Shown here: positions 17,021 through 25,757 of the stretch, piece after piece
How the letters are laid out: the number at the start of each line of letters is the position of its first letter
Position numbering within the stretch: the stretch's first letter is position 1
NCBI GenBank assembly: GCA_041496385.1
Contig: JBGQEL010000052.1
Span: forward strand, 1-27,305
Source of the DNA: Candidatus Methylomirabilia bacterium
GTDB lineage: Bacteria > Methylomirabilota > Methylomirabilia > Rokubacteriales > CSP1-6
DNA length: 27,305 nucleotides
Reading direction: 5' to 3'
Notes under the pieces: model-generated
Seen by the model: the letters and a program-made list of their open reading frames with translations, nothing else
The model's database searches: none
Told to the model about the DNA's origin: nothing
Position numbers and translations under genes: made by a program

Positions 17021-17949
17021 GAGGCCTCGCGCTTGCCCTTCGCGACGGCCTTCACCACCTCGAACTCCTTGCGCCGCTCGGCGATCGTCTCCGGTGAGAG
17101 CTTGGTGAGGTCGTTGTAGTCGCGCTTCCAGGCCGCGTCGTCGCTCCACCGGAGCGGCGATTGCACGGTGGTGCGGGCCGCCGGCGCGCTCTCGAGGACG
17201 CGCAGCGCAAGCTCGAGCGTCTGCGCCTGGGACGGGATGTCGAAGGGCCGACCGGCGGAGTTGCCGAGCGGGAAATCGCTGAACAGGAAGCGCGGGACAC
17301 CGCAATGCTCGACGATGTCCTTCGCGCAGCCCATGATGACGGTGGGGATCCCGTTCGCTTCGAGGTGGCGGGCGGCCAGACTCACGGTCTGGTGGCAGAC
17401 GGGTCAGCTGGGAACCAGCACGGCCGCGTCGAGGCCGTCCTCGCGGCAGCGGCGCAAGAGCTCGACGGCGTCGGTCTCCGTCGTCGTCCGGTGGCTGCGG
17501 TTCGTCGGCGCACCGTGAAAGCGCGGGGCCAGCGCCCCGATCCGCCCCGCCGCCGTCGCCTCCTTCAGGCGCTCCAGCGGTACGTAAGTGTTCGCGTCCG
17601 CGGCGGAGGTGTGCTTGCGATCGTACCCGACGTGGGAGATCCGCAGATCGGGCGCGCTCTCCGTGGAGGCCGAGTACACCTGGTAGAACTTCGCCGCGGC
17701 GTTGTAGGGCGCGCCGGGCCCCTGGTTGCCGGCCGCGGGCTGGTATGGGGCCGCGGTCGTGATCAACCCCACGCGCGCCCGGGCGAGCGGTGTCCGCAGC
17801 GGCGTGAACGGAACCTCGGCGCAGTGGGCCCAGCGATACGGGGCGTAGCCGAGGGCGAGATAGTAGTCGCGCGTCCGCTGCATGTAGAGGATGGGAACGT
17901 CGTCGTCCACCGCGAACGCCGCGTTCGCCCCAGGGGCGGTGGTCGTCAT
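17017..17949 (-). CDS. GrdB/PrdB-like selenoprotein, 310 aa, Sec at codon 182
   Basis: ORFs 17404-17949 and 17017-17385 share a frame joined by TGA (17404-17406), reading VLVPS-U-PVCHQTVSLAARHLEANGIPTV. Family motifs VGLITTAA and VPR...FPLG are present. Confidence 0.9.
17376..17392 (-). promoter_or_regulatory. Bacterial SECIS element
   Basis: CCAGAC-CGUGA-GUCUGG hairpin (17 nt) starting 11 nt after the UGA, with G in the second loop position. Confidence 0.8.
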
Positions 17950-18092
17950 CGGCCCAGTCTAGCGCGCGGCGCCCGCTCCGTCCAAGGGGGTGCGGCGGCG
18001 GATTGCCGCTTGACAAGCACCGGCGCCACTCCGATGATCCGGCCACGCTCCCGACGACCATGGACGAGCACACTCAACGCGGAGGCTTTCCC

Positions 18093-20363
18093 ATGTCGCT
18101 GCACAGACTCCTCGGCAGATTCGCGCCCCTCACCGTGGCGGTCGCCGCCACGCTGCTGGCGTGGGCGCCGCCCACGCACGCACGGGTCACGCGGATCATC
18201 ATCGACAGGACGGCGGCGCTCACCTCCACCGGCCAGACGATCCCCTACGAGACGATCACCGGACGCGCGTTCGGTGAGCTCGACCCGGACAACCCGCGCA
18301 ACGAGATCATCACGGACCTCCGCCACGGGACCGATCCCGACGGCAAGGTCCGGTACGTGGCCACCTTCTTCATCGTCAAGCCGGTGGACATGTCCCAGGC
18401 GAGCGGCTTCATGTGGCACGACGTGCCGAACCGCGGCGGCCGGATCACGATCGCCGTCGCCGAGCGCAACTTCGGCGACGTCGGGCTGAGCAGCGCCTGG
18501 CAGGGCGACAACGCCGGCGCCACGTCGGTGCCCGCCAACGCGACCCTGCTCACGCCGCAGCCTGGGCTCCCCAACAACGAGTGGGTCAGGGTCCCGGTGG
18601 CGAAGCTGCGCAACGGCTCGTCGATCACCGGCAAGATCCTGGGACGCATCGTCAACCGCACCGGCGTCAATTCCGCGCCGCTGAACGTAATGGGGAACCC
18701 GATCCCGTACCTGCCGGCGACGCTGGACACGACCCAGGCGACGCTGGTCACGCACACGCACGAGACGATCAACGGTGTCGTCAGCGTCGGCTCGACGATC
18801 CCGTCCAGCGACTGGGCCTTCGCCCACTGCGACGCCGCGAATCCGTTTCCGGGCACGCCCCAGGATCTCGACCCCACGCACCTGCCGGGCACCCTGCCCG
18901 TCCACGTCTGCCTGAAGAATGGATTCGATCCGACCCTGCTGTACCAGGTCGTCTACCCGGCCAAGGATCCCTACGTGCTCGGCGTCGGCTTCGCCGCGTT
19001 CCGCGACGTGAACGCGTTCTTCAAGAACGCGACCCAGGACGACGCCGGGACGCCCAACCCGGTGGCGCAGAAGATCCAGTGGTCGGTCATCCGCGGCGTC
19101 TCGCAGTCGGGCAACTTCACCCGCGCGTATCTCCACCTGGGCTTCAACGAGGCCGAGGGCCATCACCGGCGGCACGGCGAGGACCGCGACGACGACTGGG
19201 GCCACCGGCGCGGCTGGGACCGCGACGACGACAAGGAGGGCGATCACCGCGGGCACAAGATCGGCCAGCACAAGGCTCCGCAGCCCGTGCACGACGGGGC
19301 GTGGCCCATCATCGCCGGGCGGCGCGTGTCCCTTAACTCCCGGTGGGCGCAGCCCGACGGCGTCCTCGAGCTCTACCAGATGGGCAGCGAGGGGCCGCAG
19401 TGGTGGGTCAAGTGGCCCGATCACGTGCGTCATCTGCCGACGCGCGGCATCCTGGACCGCTGCAGGGAGACGAAGACCTGTCCGAAGATCTTCGAGCACT
19501 TCGGCTCCGCCGAGGTGTACGCGCTCAAGATGACGACGGAATGGGTCGGCACCTCCGCCGACGCCGACATCCCGCTGCCCCACGACGTGCGCCGGTACTA
19601 CGTCCCCAGCACCACGCACGGCGGCGGCGGCGGCGGCTTCAGCCAGAACATCCCCAACAACCCGGTCAACTGCCCCGGCAACACCTGGGGCCAGGGCATG
19701 TTCAGGGCCAATCCCGTCCCCGAGGCGCAGCTGGTCAACGCGCTACGGGTGGCGATGCGCAGCTGGGTCATGCACGACACGCCGCCGCCGCCGAGCCGCT
19801 GGCCGAGGCTCGCGGACGGAAACCTCGTCGATCCGACGCAGCAGGCCATGGGATTCCCGAGCGGCGTCCCGGGGATCCCGGCGACGATCTTCGATCCGGC
19901 CAACTTCGTCAACCCGGTGTTCGACTACGACTGGGGCCCGTTCTTCGACGAGAGCGACGCGACCGGCGTCCCGACCCACTTTCCGCCGGCGATCAAGCAC
20001 GTGATCAAGATGAAGGTCCCGCGCGTGGACGCGGACGGCAACGAGCTGGGCGGCGTGCCGACCGCGCTGCGCGACGCGCCCCTCGGGACCTATCTCGGCT
20101 GGAACATCACGATCGCCGGGTTCCACAAGGGCCAGGTGTGCGACTACATCGGCGGCATGATCCCGTTCGCCAAGACCAAGGCGGAGCGCGTGGCCAACGG
20201 CGACCCGCGTCTCTCGCTGGAGGAGCGCTACGGCACCCACGCGGGCTACGTGCTCGCGGTGACGAACGCCGCGAACCACGCGGTCGCCGAGGGCTACCTG
20301 CTCCCGGAGGACGCGACCACGCTGATCCAGCAGGCGGGCGCGGGCGACGTGCTCAATCCCTGA
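18093..20363 (+). CDS. Secreted alpha/beta hydrolase domain protein (Abhydrolase_10-like)
   Basis: GGAGG RBS; signal peptide ending THA; GELDP, DVPNRG, GVSQSG, VPRVDADGNE, DPRLSLEERY. Confidence 0.85.
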   Translation: MSLHRLLGRFAPLTVAVAATLLAWAPPTHARVTRIIIDRTAALTSTGQTIPYETITGRAFGELDPDNPRNEIITDLRHGTDPDGKVRYVATFFIVKPVDMSQASGFMWHDVPNRGGRITIAVAERNFGDVGLSSAWQGDNAGATSVPANATLLTPQPGLPNNEWVRVPVAKLRNGSSITGKILGRIVNRTGVNSAPLNVMGNPIPYLPATLDTTQATLVTHTHETINGVVSVGSTIPSSDWAFAHCDAANPFPGTPQDLDPTHLPGTLPVHVCLKNGFDPTLLYQVVYPAKDPYVLGVGFAAFRDVNAFFKNATQDDAGTPNPVAQKIQWSVIRGVSQSGNFTRAYLHLGFNEAEGHHRRHGEDRDDDWGHRRGWDRDDDKEGDHRGHKIGQHKAPQPVHDGAWPIIAGRRVSLNSRWAQPDGVLELYQMGSEGPQWWVKWPDHVRHLPTRGILDRCRETKTCPKIFEHFGSAEVYALKMTTEWVGTSADADIPLPHDVRRYYVPSTTHGGGGGGFSQNIPNNPVNCPGNTWGQGMFRANPVPEAQLVNALRVAMRSWVMHDTPPPPSRWPRLADGNLVDPTQQAMGFPSGVPGIPATIFDPANFVNPVFDYDWGPFFDESDATGVPTHFPPAIKHVIKMKVPRVDADGNELGGVPTALRDAPLGTYLGWNITIAGFHKGQVCDYIGGMIPFAKTKAERVANGDPRLSLEERYGTHAGYVLAVTNAANHAVAEGYLLPEDATTLIQQAGAGDVLNP

Positions 20364-20407
20364 GCGCGGCGCCCTCGGATAGCGGCGGTCGCAGCATCTG
20401 ACGCGGA

Positions 20408-20443
20408 CCGTGGCCAGCCTCGCCGTCGCGCGGCTGGCCACGG
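20408..20443. terminator. Perfect 12-bp inverted repeat
   Basis: CCGTGGCCAGCC / GGCTGGCCACGG downstream of the hydrolase; no U tract. Confidence 0.45.
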
Positions 20444-20469
20444 CATCCAGCCTCGACGCGTCCGCGGCG

Positions 20470-20520
20470 TTCAGCGTGGCTGAACCGCGGCTTGACTTTT
20501 TCAGTACCGCTTCATAGATT
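20470..20520 (+). promoter_or_regulatory. Sigma70 promoter with putative operators
   Basis: TTGACT-17-TAGATT (20492-20520); TTCAG-N5-CTGAA palindrome at 20470-20484 and a variant TTCAG-N5-CTTCA in the spacer. Confidence 0.7.
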
Positions 20521-20535
20521 CGTCGCACCCTTCCC

Positions 20536-21084
20536 ATGGCCCATGGCGCGGTCGGTCCTCGGATCCGCAGTCTCCGGCTTCAGCGGCAGCTCACGCTGCG
20601 GGAGATCGCCGACAAGGCCGGCATCACGCCGAGCGCGCTGAGCCAGATCGAGCGGGACCGGTCGAATCCGACGCTCGGCAGCCTGAAGGCGATCGCGAGC
20701 GCGCTGGACACCACCATCGGCCACCTCTTTCCGTCGTCGGCGGCCGCCGGCCGGCCCGTCGTCCGGGCCGCCGAGCGCAAGCGCCTGTCGCCCCGCCGTG
20801 GGATCACGTACGAGCTCCTCACGCCCGACCTCTCCGGCCAGATCGAGTTCATCCTGAGCATCTACGAGCCGGGCGCGAGCACCGGGGACGAGGGCTTCGC
20901 GTATCCGGCCGAGCAGTGCGGCGTCGTCCTCGCCGGCGTGGCGGACGTCTCGCTCTACGACACGGTGCACCGCCTGCGCGCGGGGGACAGCATCCGGTTC
21001 GACTGCTCGGTGCCGCACCGCATCGTCAACCCGGGTCGCAGGAAGCTCCGGTGCATATGGGCGATCATCCCGCCGACGTTCTGA
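20536..21084 (+). CDS. XRE-family HTH-cupin transcriptional regulator
   Basis: LSQIERDRSNPTLGSLKAIA HTH; cupin motif LRAGDSIRFDCSVPHRIVN. Confidence 0.93.
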   Translation: MAHGAVGPRIRSLRLQRQLTLREIADKAGITPSALSQIERDRSNPTLGSLKAIASALDTTIGHLFPSSAAAGRPVVRAAERKRLSPRRGITYELLTPDLSGQIEFILSIYEPGASTGDEGFAYPAEQCGVVLAGVADVSLYDTVHRLRAGDSIRFDCSVPHRIVNPGRRKLRCIWAIIPPTF

Positions 21085-21995
21085 GCGGCGCCGCGCCGGC
21101 CGAGCGGCGCTCCGTCGTCCTCGACGAGCGCGCGCTCGACAGCTGGCTCCGCGACGGCATGTCGATCGCGCTTGGCGGGCTCGCCACCGCCTGCCACGCG
21201 ATGGTCGCCGTCAGGCACATCGCGCGGCGCCGGCTGAAGGACCTGACGGTGATCGGCTCCGCCGTCGGCGGGCTCGACGTCGATCTGCTGATCGCCGCCG
21301 GCTGCGTGCGCAAGGTGATCTGTCCCTACGTGGGCGCCGAGGCGCTGGCGTCGATCGGTCCCTTCTACCGGGCGGCCGCGGAGCGGGGCGAGATCGAGGT
21401 CTGGGAGTGCGACGAGGGCCAGTACTACACGGGGCTGCAGGCGGCCGCCCAGATGCTCCCGTTCCTGCCCTGCCGGGGCGGCGTGGGGACGTCGTTCCCG
21501 GCGATCAACCCGGACCTCAAGCCGTTCACCGATCCCCTGCGCGGCGAGACGCTCCTCGCCGTGCCCGCCATCGAGCCGGACGTCGCCCTGCTCCATGCGG
21601 CCCACGCCGACGCCTACGGCAACGTCCAGTTCGTCGGCACCGGCTACGCGGACCGCCTGCTCTGGCGCGCGGCGACGCGGACGGTCGTCCAGGTGGAGCG
21701 CCTCGTCTCGAACGAGGAGATCCGGCGCTTCCCCGAGCGCACCGCGCTCCTGGCCACGGCGGTCCTGAGGGCCCCCTACGGGGCGCATCCCTTCTCGAGC
21801 CCCGGCTTCTACCTGGAGGACCGCGCGCACATCGCCGAGCTCGTCGACGCCGGCCGCGCGTTCGCGCGCCGCCGCGACCGCGGGCCGATCGAGGCCTACC
21901 TCGCCCGCTACGTGGACGCGGCGCCGGCGCACGTGGACTATTTGGAGGCGGTCGGCCTTCGCCGTCTGCTCGCGCTGGACGAGTACACCGGATGA
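21081..21995 (+). CDS. Class I CoA-transferase-fold subunit A (GctA/IpdA-like); start uncertain (CTG 21081 or ATG 21057)
   Basis: LRDGMSIALGG, DEG..GLQAAAQMLPFLP, PDVALLHA..AD.YGN, PYGAHP. Confidence 0.85.
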   Translation: MSGAAPAERRSVVLDERALDSWLRDGMSIALGGLATACHAMVAVRHIARRRLKDLTVIGSAVGGLDVDLLIAAGCVRKVICPYVGAEALASIGPFYRAAAERGEIEVWECDEGQYYTGLQAAAQMLPFLPCRGGVGTSFPAINPDLKPFTDPLRGETLLAVPAIEPDVALLHAAHADAYGNVQFVGTGYADRLLWRAATRTVVQVERLVSNEEIRRFPERTALLATAVLRAPYGAHPFSSPGFYLEDRAHIAELVDAGRAFARRRDRGPIEAYLARYVDAAPAHVDYLEAVGLRRLLALDEYTG

Positions 21996-22780
21996 CGGCC
22001 GCCGCCAGCGTGAAAGAAGTGATGGCGACCTTCATCGCCCGCGACATCGCCGACGGCGAGGAGGTCTTCGTCGGCACCAACCTGCCCGTCATCCGGGCCG
22101 CCGCGTTGCTGGCGCACCTGCATCACGGTCCGAACATGCGCGTGATGCTCGCGCACACGCGGACCAACCTCTATCACACGCCCGTGATCGAGCACTTCCA
22201 GCTGCTGGCGGACTGGCGGGGCGCGCGCTGGGCCGAGGGCTACTTCAACGACAACGAGATCGTCCTCTACCAGAAGAGCCGGCGGGACTCCGTCTTTTTC
22301 GTCGGCGCCCTGCAGATCGACGCCTTCGGCAACTCCAACCTGATCGGCCTCGGCACGGACCCGCGCCGCCTGACCCTGCGCGGCCCCGGGGCGATCGCCA
22401 CCACCACGAACGCCTCGCACGTCCGCCGCTTCTATCTCTACGTCAACGAGCACTCGCCGCGCGTCTTCGTCGACAGCTGCGACTTCATCAGCACGGTCGG
22501 CTGGGCGGGCGGTGGCGCCGACGCGCGGCGCGCGCTCGGGCTGCCGGGCGGCGGCCCGCGCTACTGCATCACGCCGCTGGCGGTGCTCGATTTCGAGGAG
22601 CGGAGCAAGCGGATGCGCCTGCGCTCCGTCCATCCGGGCGTCCCCGTCGACGAGGTGCGGGCGCGGACGGGATTCGAGCTCATCGTGCCGGCGACGGTGC
22701 CGGAGACGCCATCGCCGACCGACGAGGAGCTGTCGATCCTCCGGCGGCGCGTCGACCCGCAGGGGCTCCTGCGCGAATGA
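21992..22780 (+). CDS. Class I CoA-transferase-fold subunit B (GctB/IpdB-like)
   Basis: GALQIDAFGNSN, FVDSCDFISTVG, SVHPGV..VRARTGF; ATGA overlap. Confidence 0.88.
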   Translation: MTAAASVKEVMATFIARDIADGEEVFVGTNLPVIRAAALLAHLHHGPNMRVMLAHTRTNLYHTPVIEHFQLLADWRGARWAEGYFNDNEIVLYQKSRRDSVFFVGALQIDAFGNSNLIGLGTDPRRLTLRGPGAIATTTNASHVRRFYLYVNEHSPRVFVDSCDFISTVGWAGGGADARRALGLPGGGPRYCITPLAVLDFEERSKRMRLRSVHPGVPVDEVRARTGFELIVPATVPETPSPTDEELSILRRRVDPQGLLRE

Positions 22781-23877
22781 CGCGCGGCGAAGCCGGACGG
22801 CTGCGGATCCACGGCGCGCGACTGGAAGTTCGCGGCCTTTCGAAGGCGTTCGGCGGCGGCCGCGTCGTGGACGACCTGTCGTTCGTGGTTGACGGGGGCA
22901 CCTTCCTGACGCTGCTCGGCCCGAGCGGCTCCGGCAAGACGACGACGCTGCGGATGATCGCCGGCTTCGAGGAGCCCACGGCCGGCGAGATCCGGGTCGG
23001 CGATGCGCCGATCACCGACCGGCCCCCGTACACGCGCAACATCGGCGTCGTCTTCCAGCAGTACGCGCTCTTCCCGCACCTGACGGTGTTCCAGAACGTC
23101 GCCTACCCGCTGCAGATGCGCCGCACGCCGCGCGGTGACATCGCCGAGCGCGTGAGTCGCGCGCTCGGGCTGGTGCGTCTGGAGGGGCTGGCCGGCCGCT
23201 ATCCCAGGCAGCTCTCGGGCGGCCAGCAGCAGCGGGTCGCGCTGGCGCGCGCCATCGTCTTCGAGCCGCCGGTGCTCCTCATGGACGAGCCGCTCGGCGC
23301 CCTGGACAAACGGCTCCGCGAGGACATGCAGGTGGAGATCCGCCACCTGCAGCGCGAGCTGGGGATCACCACCGTCTCGGTCACCCACGACCAGGTGGAG
23401 GCGCTGGTGATGTCGGACGTCATCGCCGTGCTCGACGGCGGACGCCTGCAGCAGATCGGACCGCCGCTCGAGGTCTACCGGCGCCCGGCGAACCAGTTCG
23501 TCGCCGACTTCATCGGCGAGTCGAACCTCCTGTCGGGCACGGTGGAGACCGCCGGCGGCGAGACCGTCTTCACGACCGGCAAGGGACTCCGCGTGACGAT
23601 CGCGCCCGGCGCGGGGACGTCCGGCCCCAGCCACCTCGTCGTGCGCCCGGAGTACGTGCGTCTCGGCCCGGCCGCGGCGGGCCTCGTCAATCGCTATCCG
23701 GCCGAAGTGCTGGAGCTGCTGTACGTCGGCGATCTCGTGAAATACCGGCTGCTCCTCGATCAGCGCGACGAGGTGATCGCCAAGACACTCGCGCCCTCGG
23801 TGGACCAGCCGTGGAAGAGGGGCCAGCAGCTCACCGCCGGCTGGGACCCGGCGGATTGCCTGACCGTCAACACCTAA
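22777..23877 (+). CDS. ABC transporter ATPase, PotA-like with TOBE domain
   Basis: GPSGSGKT, LSGGQQQR, LLMDEP, VTHDQ. Confidence 0.95.
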   Translation: MTRGEAGRLRIHGARLEVRGLSKAFGGGRVVDDLSFVVDGGTFLTLLGPSGSGKTTTLRMIAGFEEPTAGEIRVGDAPITDRPPYTRNIGVVFQQYALFPHLTVFQNVAYPLQMRRTPRGDIAERVSRALGLVRLEGLAGRYPRQLSGGQQQRVALARAIVFEPPVLLMDEPLGALDKRLREDMQVEIRHLQRELGITTVSVTHDQVEALVMSDVIAVLDGGRLQQIGPPLEVYRRPANQFVADFIGESNLLSGTVETAGGETVFTTGKGLRVTIAPGAGTSGPSHLVVRPEYVRLGPAAAGLVNRYPAEVLELLYVGDLVKYRLLLDQRDEVIAKTLAPSVDQPWKRGQQLTAGWDPADCLTVNT

Positions 23878-23893
23878 CCCGGGAGGACGCCAC

Positions 23894-24949
23894 ATGCAGA
23901 GCACACGGATCTCGCGCCGACGCTTCCTCGGCACCGCCGCCGCCCTGGCCACGGCCGCCCTGCCGAACGTCATCACGTCGGCCAAGGCGGCGGGGAAGAA
24001 CGAGCTGGTGTTCGTCGGCTTCGGCGGCACCTACCAGGACGGCCAGACGAAGGCGCTCTTCGAGCCGTTCGAGAAGGAGACGGGCATCAAGGTGATCCAG
24101 ACGACCGGCGTGGACCTGGCCAAGCTGCGGGCCCAGATCCAGTCGAAGAACGTCGAGTGGGACCTCATCTCGATCCCGGATCGCCTGCGCTACACCGCGG
24201 TGAAGGACGACCTGCTCACCCGCCTCAACTACGGCGCCATCAACGCCAAGGAGATCATGCCGCAGCTCGTGACCGAGTACGCGGTCGGCTGCGTGACCAT
24301 CCCGATGCTCCTCACCTACAGCACGAAGGCGTATCCGGCCGGCAAGGCGCCGCAGACCTGGCCGGACTTCTGGGACGCCAAGAAGTTCCCCGGCCCGCGC
24401 GGCTACTACAACGCGCCGACCTACAGCCTGGAGTTCGCGCTCATCGCCGACGGCGTGCCCAAGGACAAGCTCTACCCGCTCGACGTTCCGCGCGCGCTGA
24501 AGAGCCTCGACCGCATCAAGCCCGACGTGCGCGTCTGGTGGTCGCAGTTCCCGCAGCCGGGCGTGCTGCTCAAGAGCGGCGAGATCACGGCCACGCCCTG
24601 GACGCGCTCGATCACGTTCATGCTCGACGGCGAGCCGATCGGCATCAGCTACGAGGGCGCGGCGCTGACCTACGAAGCGTGGGTGGTGCCCAAGGGCGCG
24701 CCCGGCGCCGACAACGCGATGAAGTTCATCAACTGGGCGCTCCAGGCCCGGTCGCAGGCGGACCTGACGAAGTACGTCGCCTTCGGGCCCACGAACACCC
24801 GGGCGATGCCGCTGGTCGATGCCAAGCTGCGGCCGCTGCTCTCCTCGGACCCGGAGAACATCAAGAAGGGGTTCCTGCTGAGCGGCGACTGGTGGGGCCC
24901 CAACCTCGACAAGGTCAACGAGCAGTGGAACGAGTGGCGGCTGAGATAG
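23894..24949 (+). CDS. ABC substrate-binding protein, PotD/PotF-like, Tat signal
   Basis: SRRRFL Tat motif; PFEKETGIKV; DFWDAKKFPG; ALIADGV..LYPLD. Confidence 0.93.
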   Translation: MQSTRISRRRFLGTAAALATAALPNVITSAKAAGKNELVFVGFGGTYQDGQTKALFEPFEKETGIKVIQTTGVDLAKLRAQIQSKNVEWDLISIPDRLRYTAVKDDLLTRLNYGAINAKEIMPQLVTEYAVGCVTIPMLLTYSTKAYPAGKAPQTWPDFWDAKKFPGPRGYYNAPTYSLEFALIADGVPKDKLYPLDVPRALKSLDRIKPDVRVWWSQFPQPGVLLKSGEITATPWTRSITFMLDGEPIGISYEGAALTYEAWVVPKGAPGADNAMKFINWALQARSQADLTKYVAFGPTNTRAMPLVDAKLRPLLSSDPENIKKGFLLSGDWWGPNLDKVNEQWNEWRLR

Positions 24950-24968
24950 GCCGGAGAGGACAACCCAC

Positions 24969-25748
24969 GTGAGCAAGGTCCTGTACGAGACGAACGGCAG
25001 CATCGCGCGCATCACGATCAACCGCCCGGAGGCGATGAACGCCTTCGATCTGGAGACGGCGCGGCTCATCGGCGAGCGGATGCGGGAGTTCGACGGCGAC
25101 GCCGCGCTCCGGGTCGCCATCATCACCGGAAGCGGCGACAAGGCGTTCTGCGCGGGCGCCGATCTGAAGAAGATGCACGGCGGCTCGCACGCGGGCGGCA
25201 TCCAGGAGCTGTGGGACTACGAGCGGCAGAACCGCCTCGGGCAGCGGCTGCAGGTCGTCAAGCCGGTGATCGCCGCCATCAACGGCTACTGCCTGGCCGG
25301 CGGGCTCGAGTTCGCGCTGGGGTGCGACCTGCGCATCGCCTCCACCAACGCCTCGTTCGGCTGCCCGGAAGTCCGGTGGAGCATCCTGCACGGCTTCGGC
25401 GCCATGCGGCTGCCGCACACGGTCGGCATGTCCGTGGCGATGGAGATGCTGCTCACCGGCGAGCGCATCGACGCCCGCCGCGCGTACGAGGTCGGGCTCG
25501 TCAGCCGCCTCGTGGAGCCGGCGGCGCTGCTGCCGGCGGCCGAGCAGCTGGCCGAGCGCATCGCGCAGAACGGGCCGCTGGCCATCCGCGTCACCAAGGA
25601 GCTGGCGTGGCGCGGGCTGCACGAGCATCCGGAGGACATGCTGAGGTTCTACGCCGCGGTCACCGCGCTCATCCACGAGACGGAGGACGCCCAGGAAGGG
25701 CCGCGCGCGTTCTCGGAGAAGCGCACCCCGCGGTTCAAGAACCGCTGA
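24969..25748 (+). CDS. Enoyl-CoA hydratase/isomerase family protein
   Basis: AFCAGADL, AAINGYCLAGGLE, FGCPEV (both catalytic Glu present). Confidence 0.95.
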   Translation: MSKVLYETNGSIARITINRPEAMNAFDLETARLIGERMREFDGDAALRVAIITGSGDKAFCAGADLKKMHGGSHAGGIQELWDYERQNRLGQRLQVVKPVIAAINGYCLAGGLEFALGCDLRIASTNASFGCPEVRWSILHGFGAMRLPHTVGMSVAMEMLLTGERIDARRAYEVGLVSRLVEPAALLPAAEQLAERIAQNGPLAIRVTKELAWRGLHEHPEDMLRFYAAVTALIHETEDAQEGPRAFSEKRTPRFKNR

Positions 25749-25757
25749 GGGGATCGG

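Noticed and set aside
17017..17949. Two separate genes, or a nonsense pseudogene
   Set aside because: The UGA is in frame at the UxxC active site and is followed by a SECIS-like hairpin.
17021..18073. N-terminal extension giving a 748-aa CaiB fusion
   Set aside because: It overlaps the selenoprotein in another frame; the family start MSKPFAGVRILD is at 17020.
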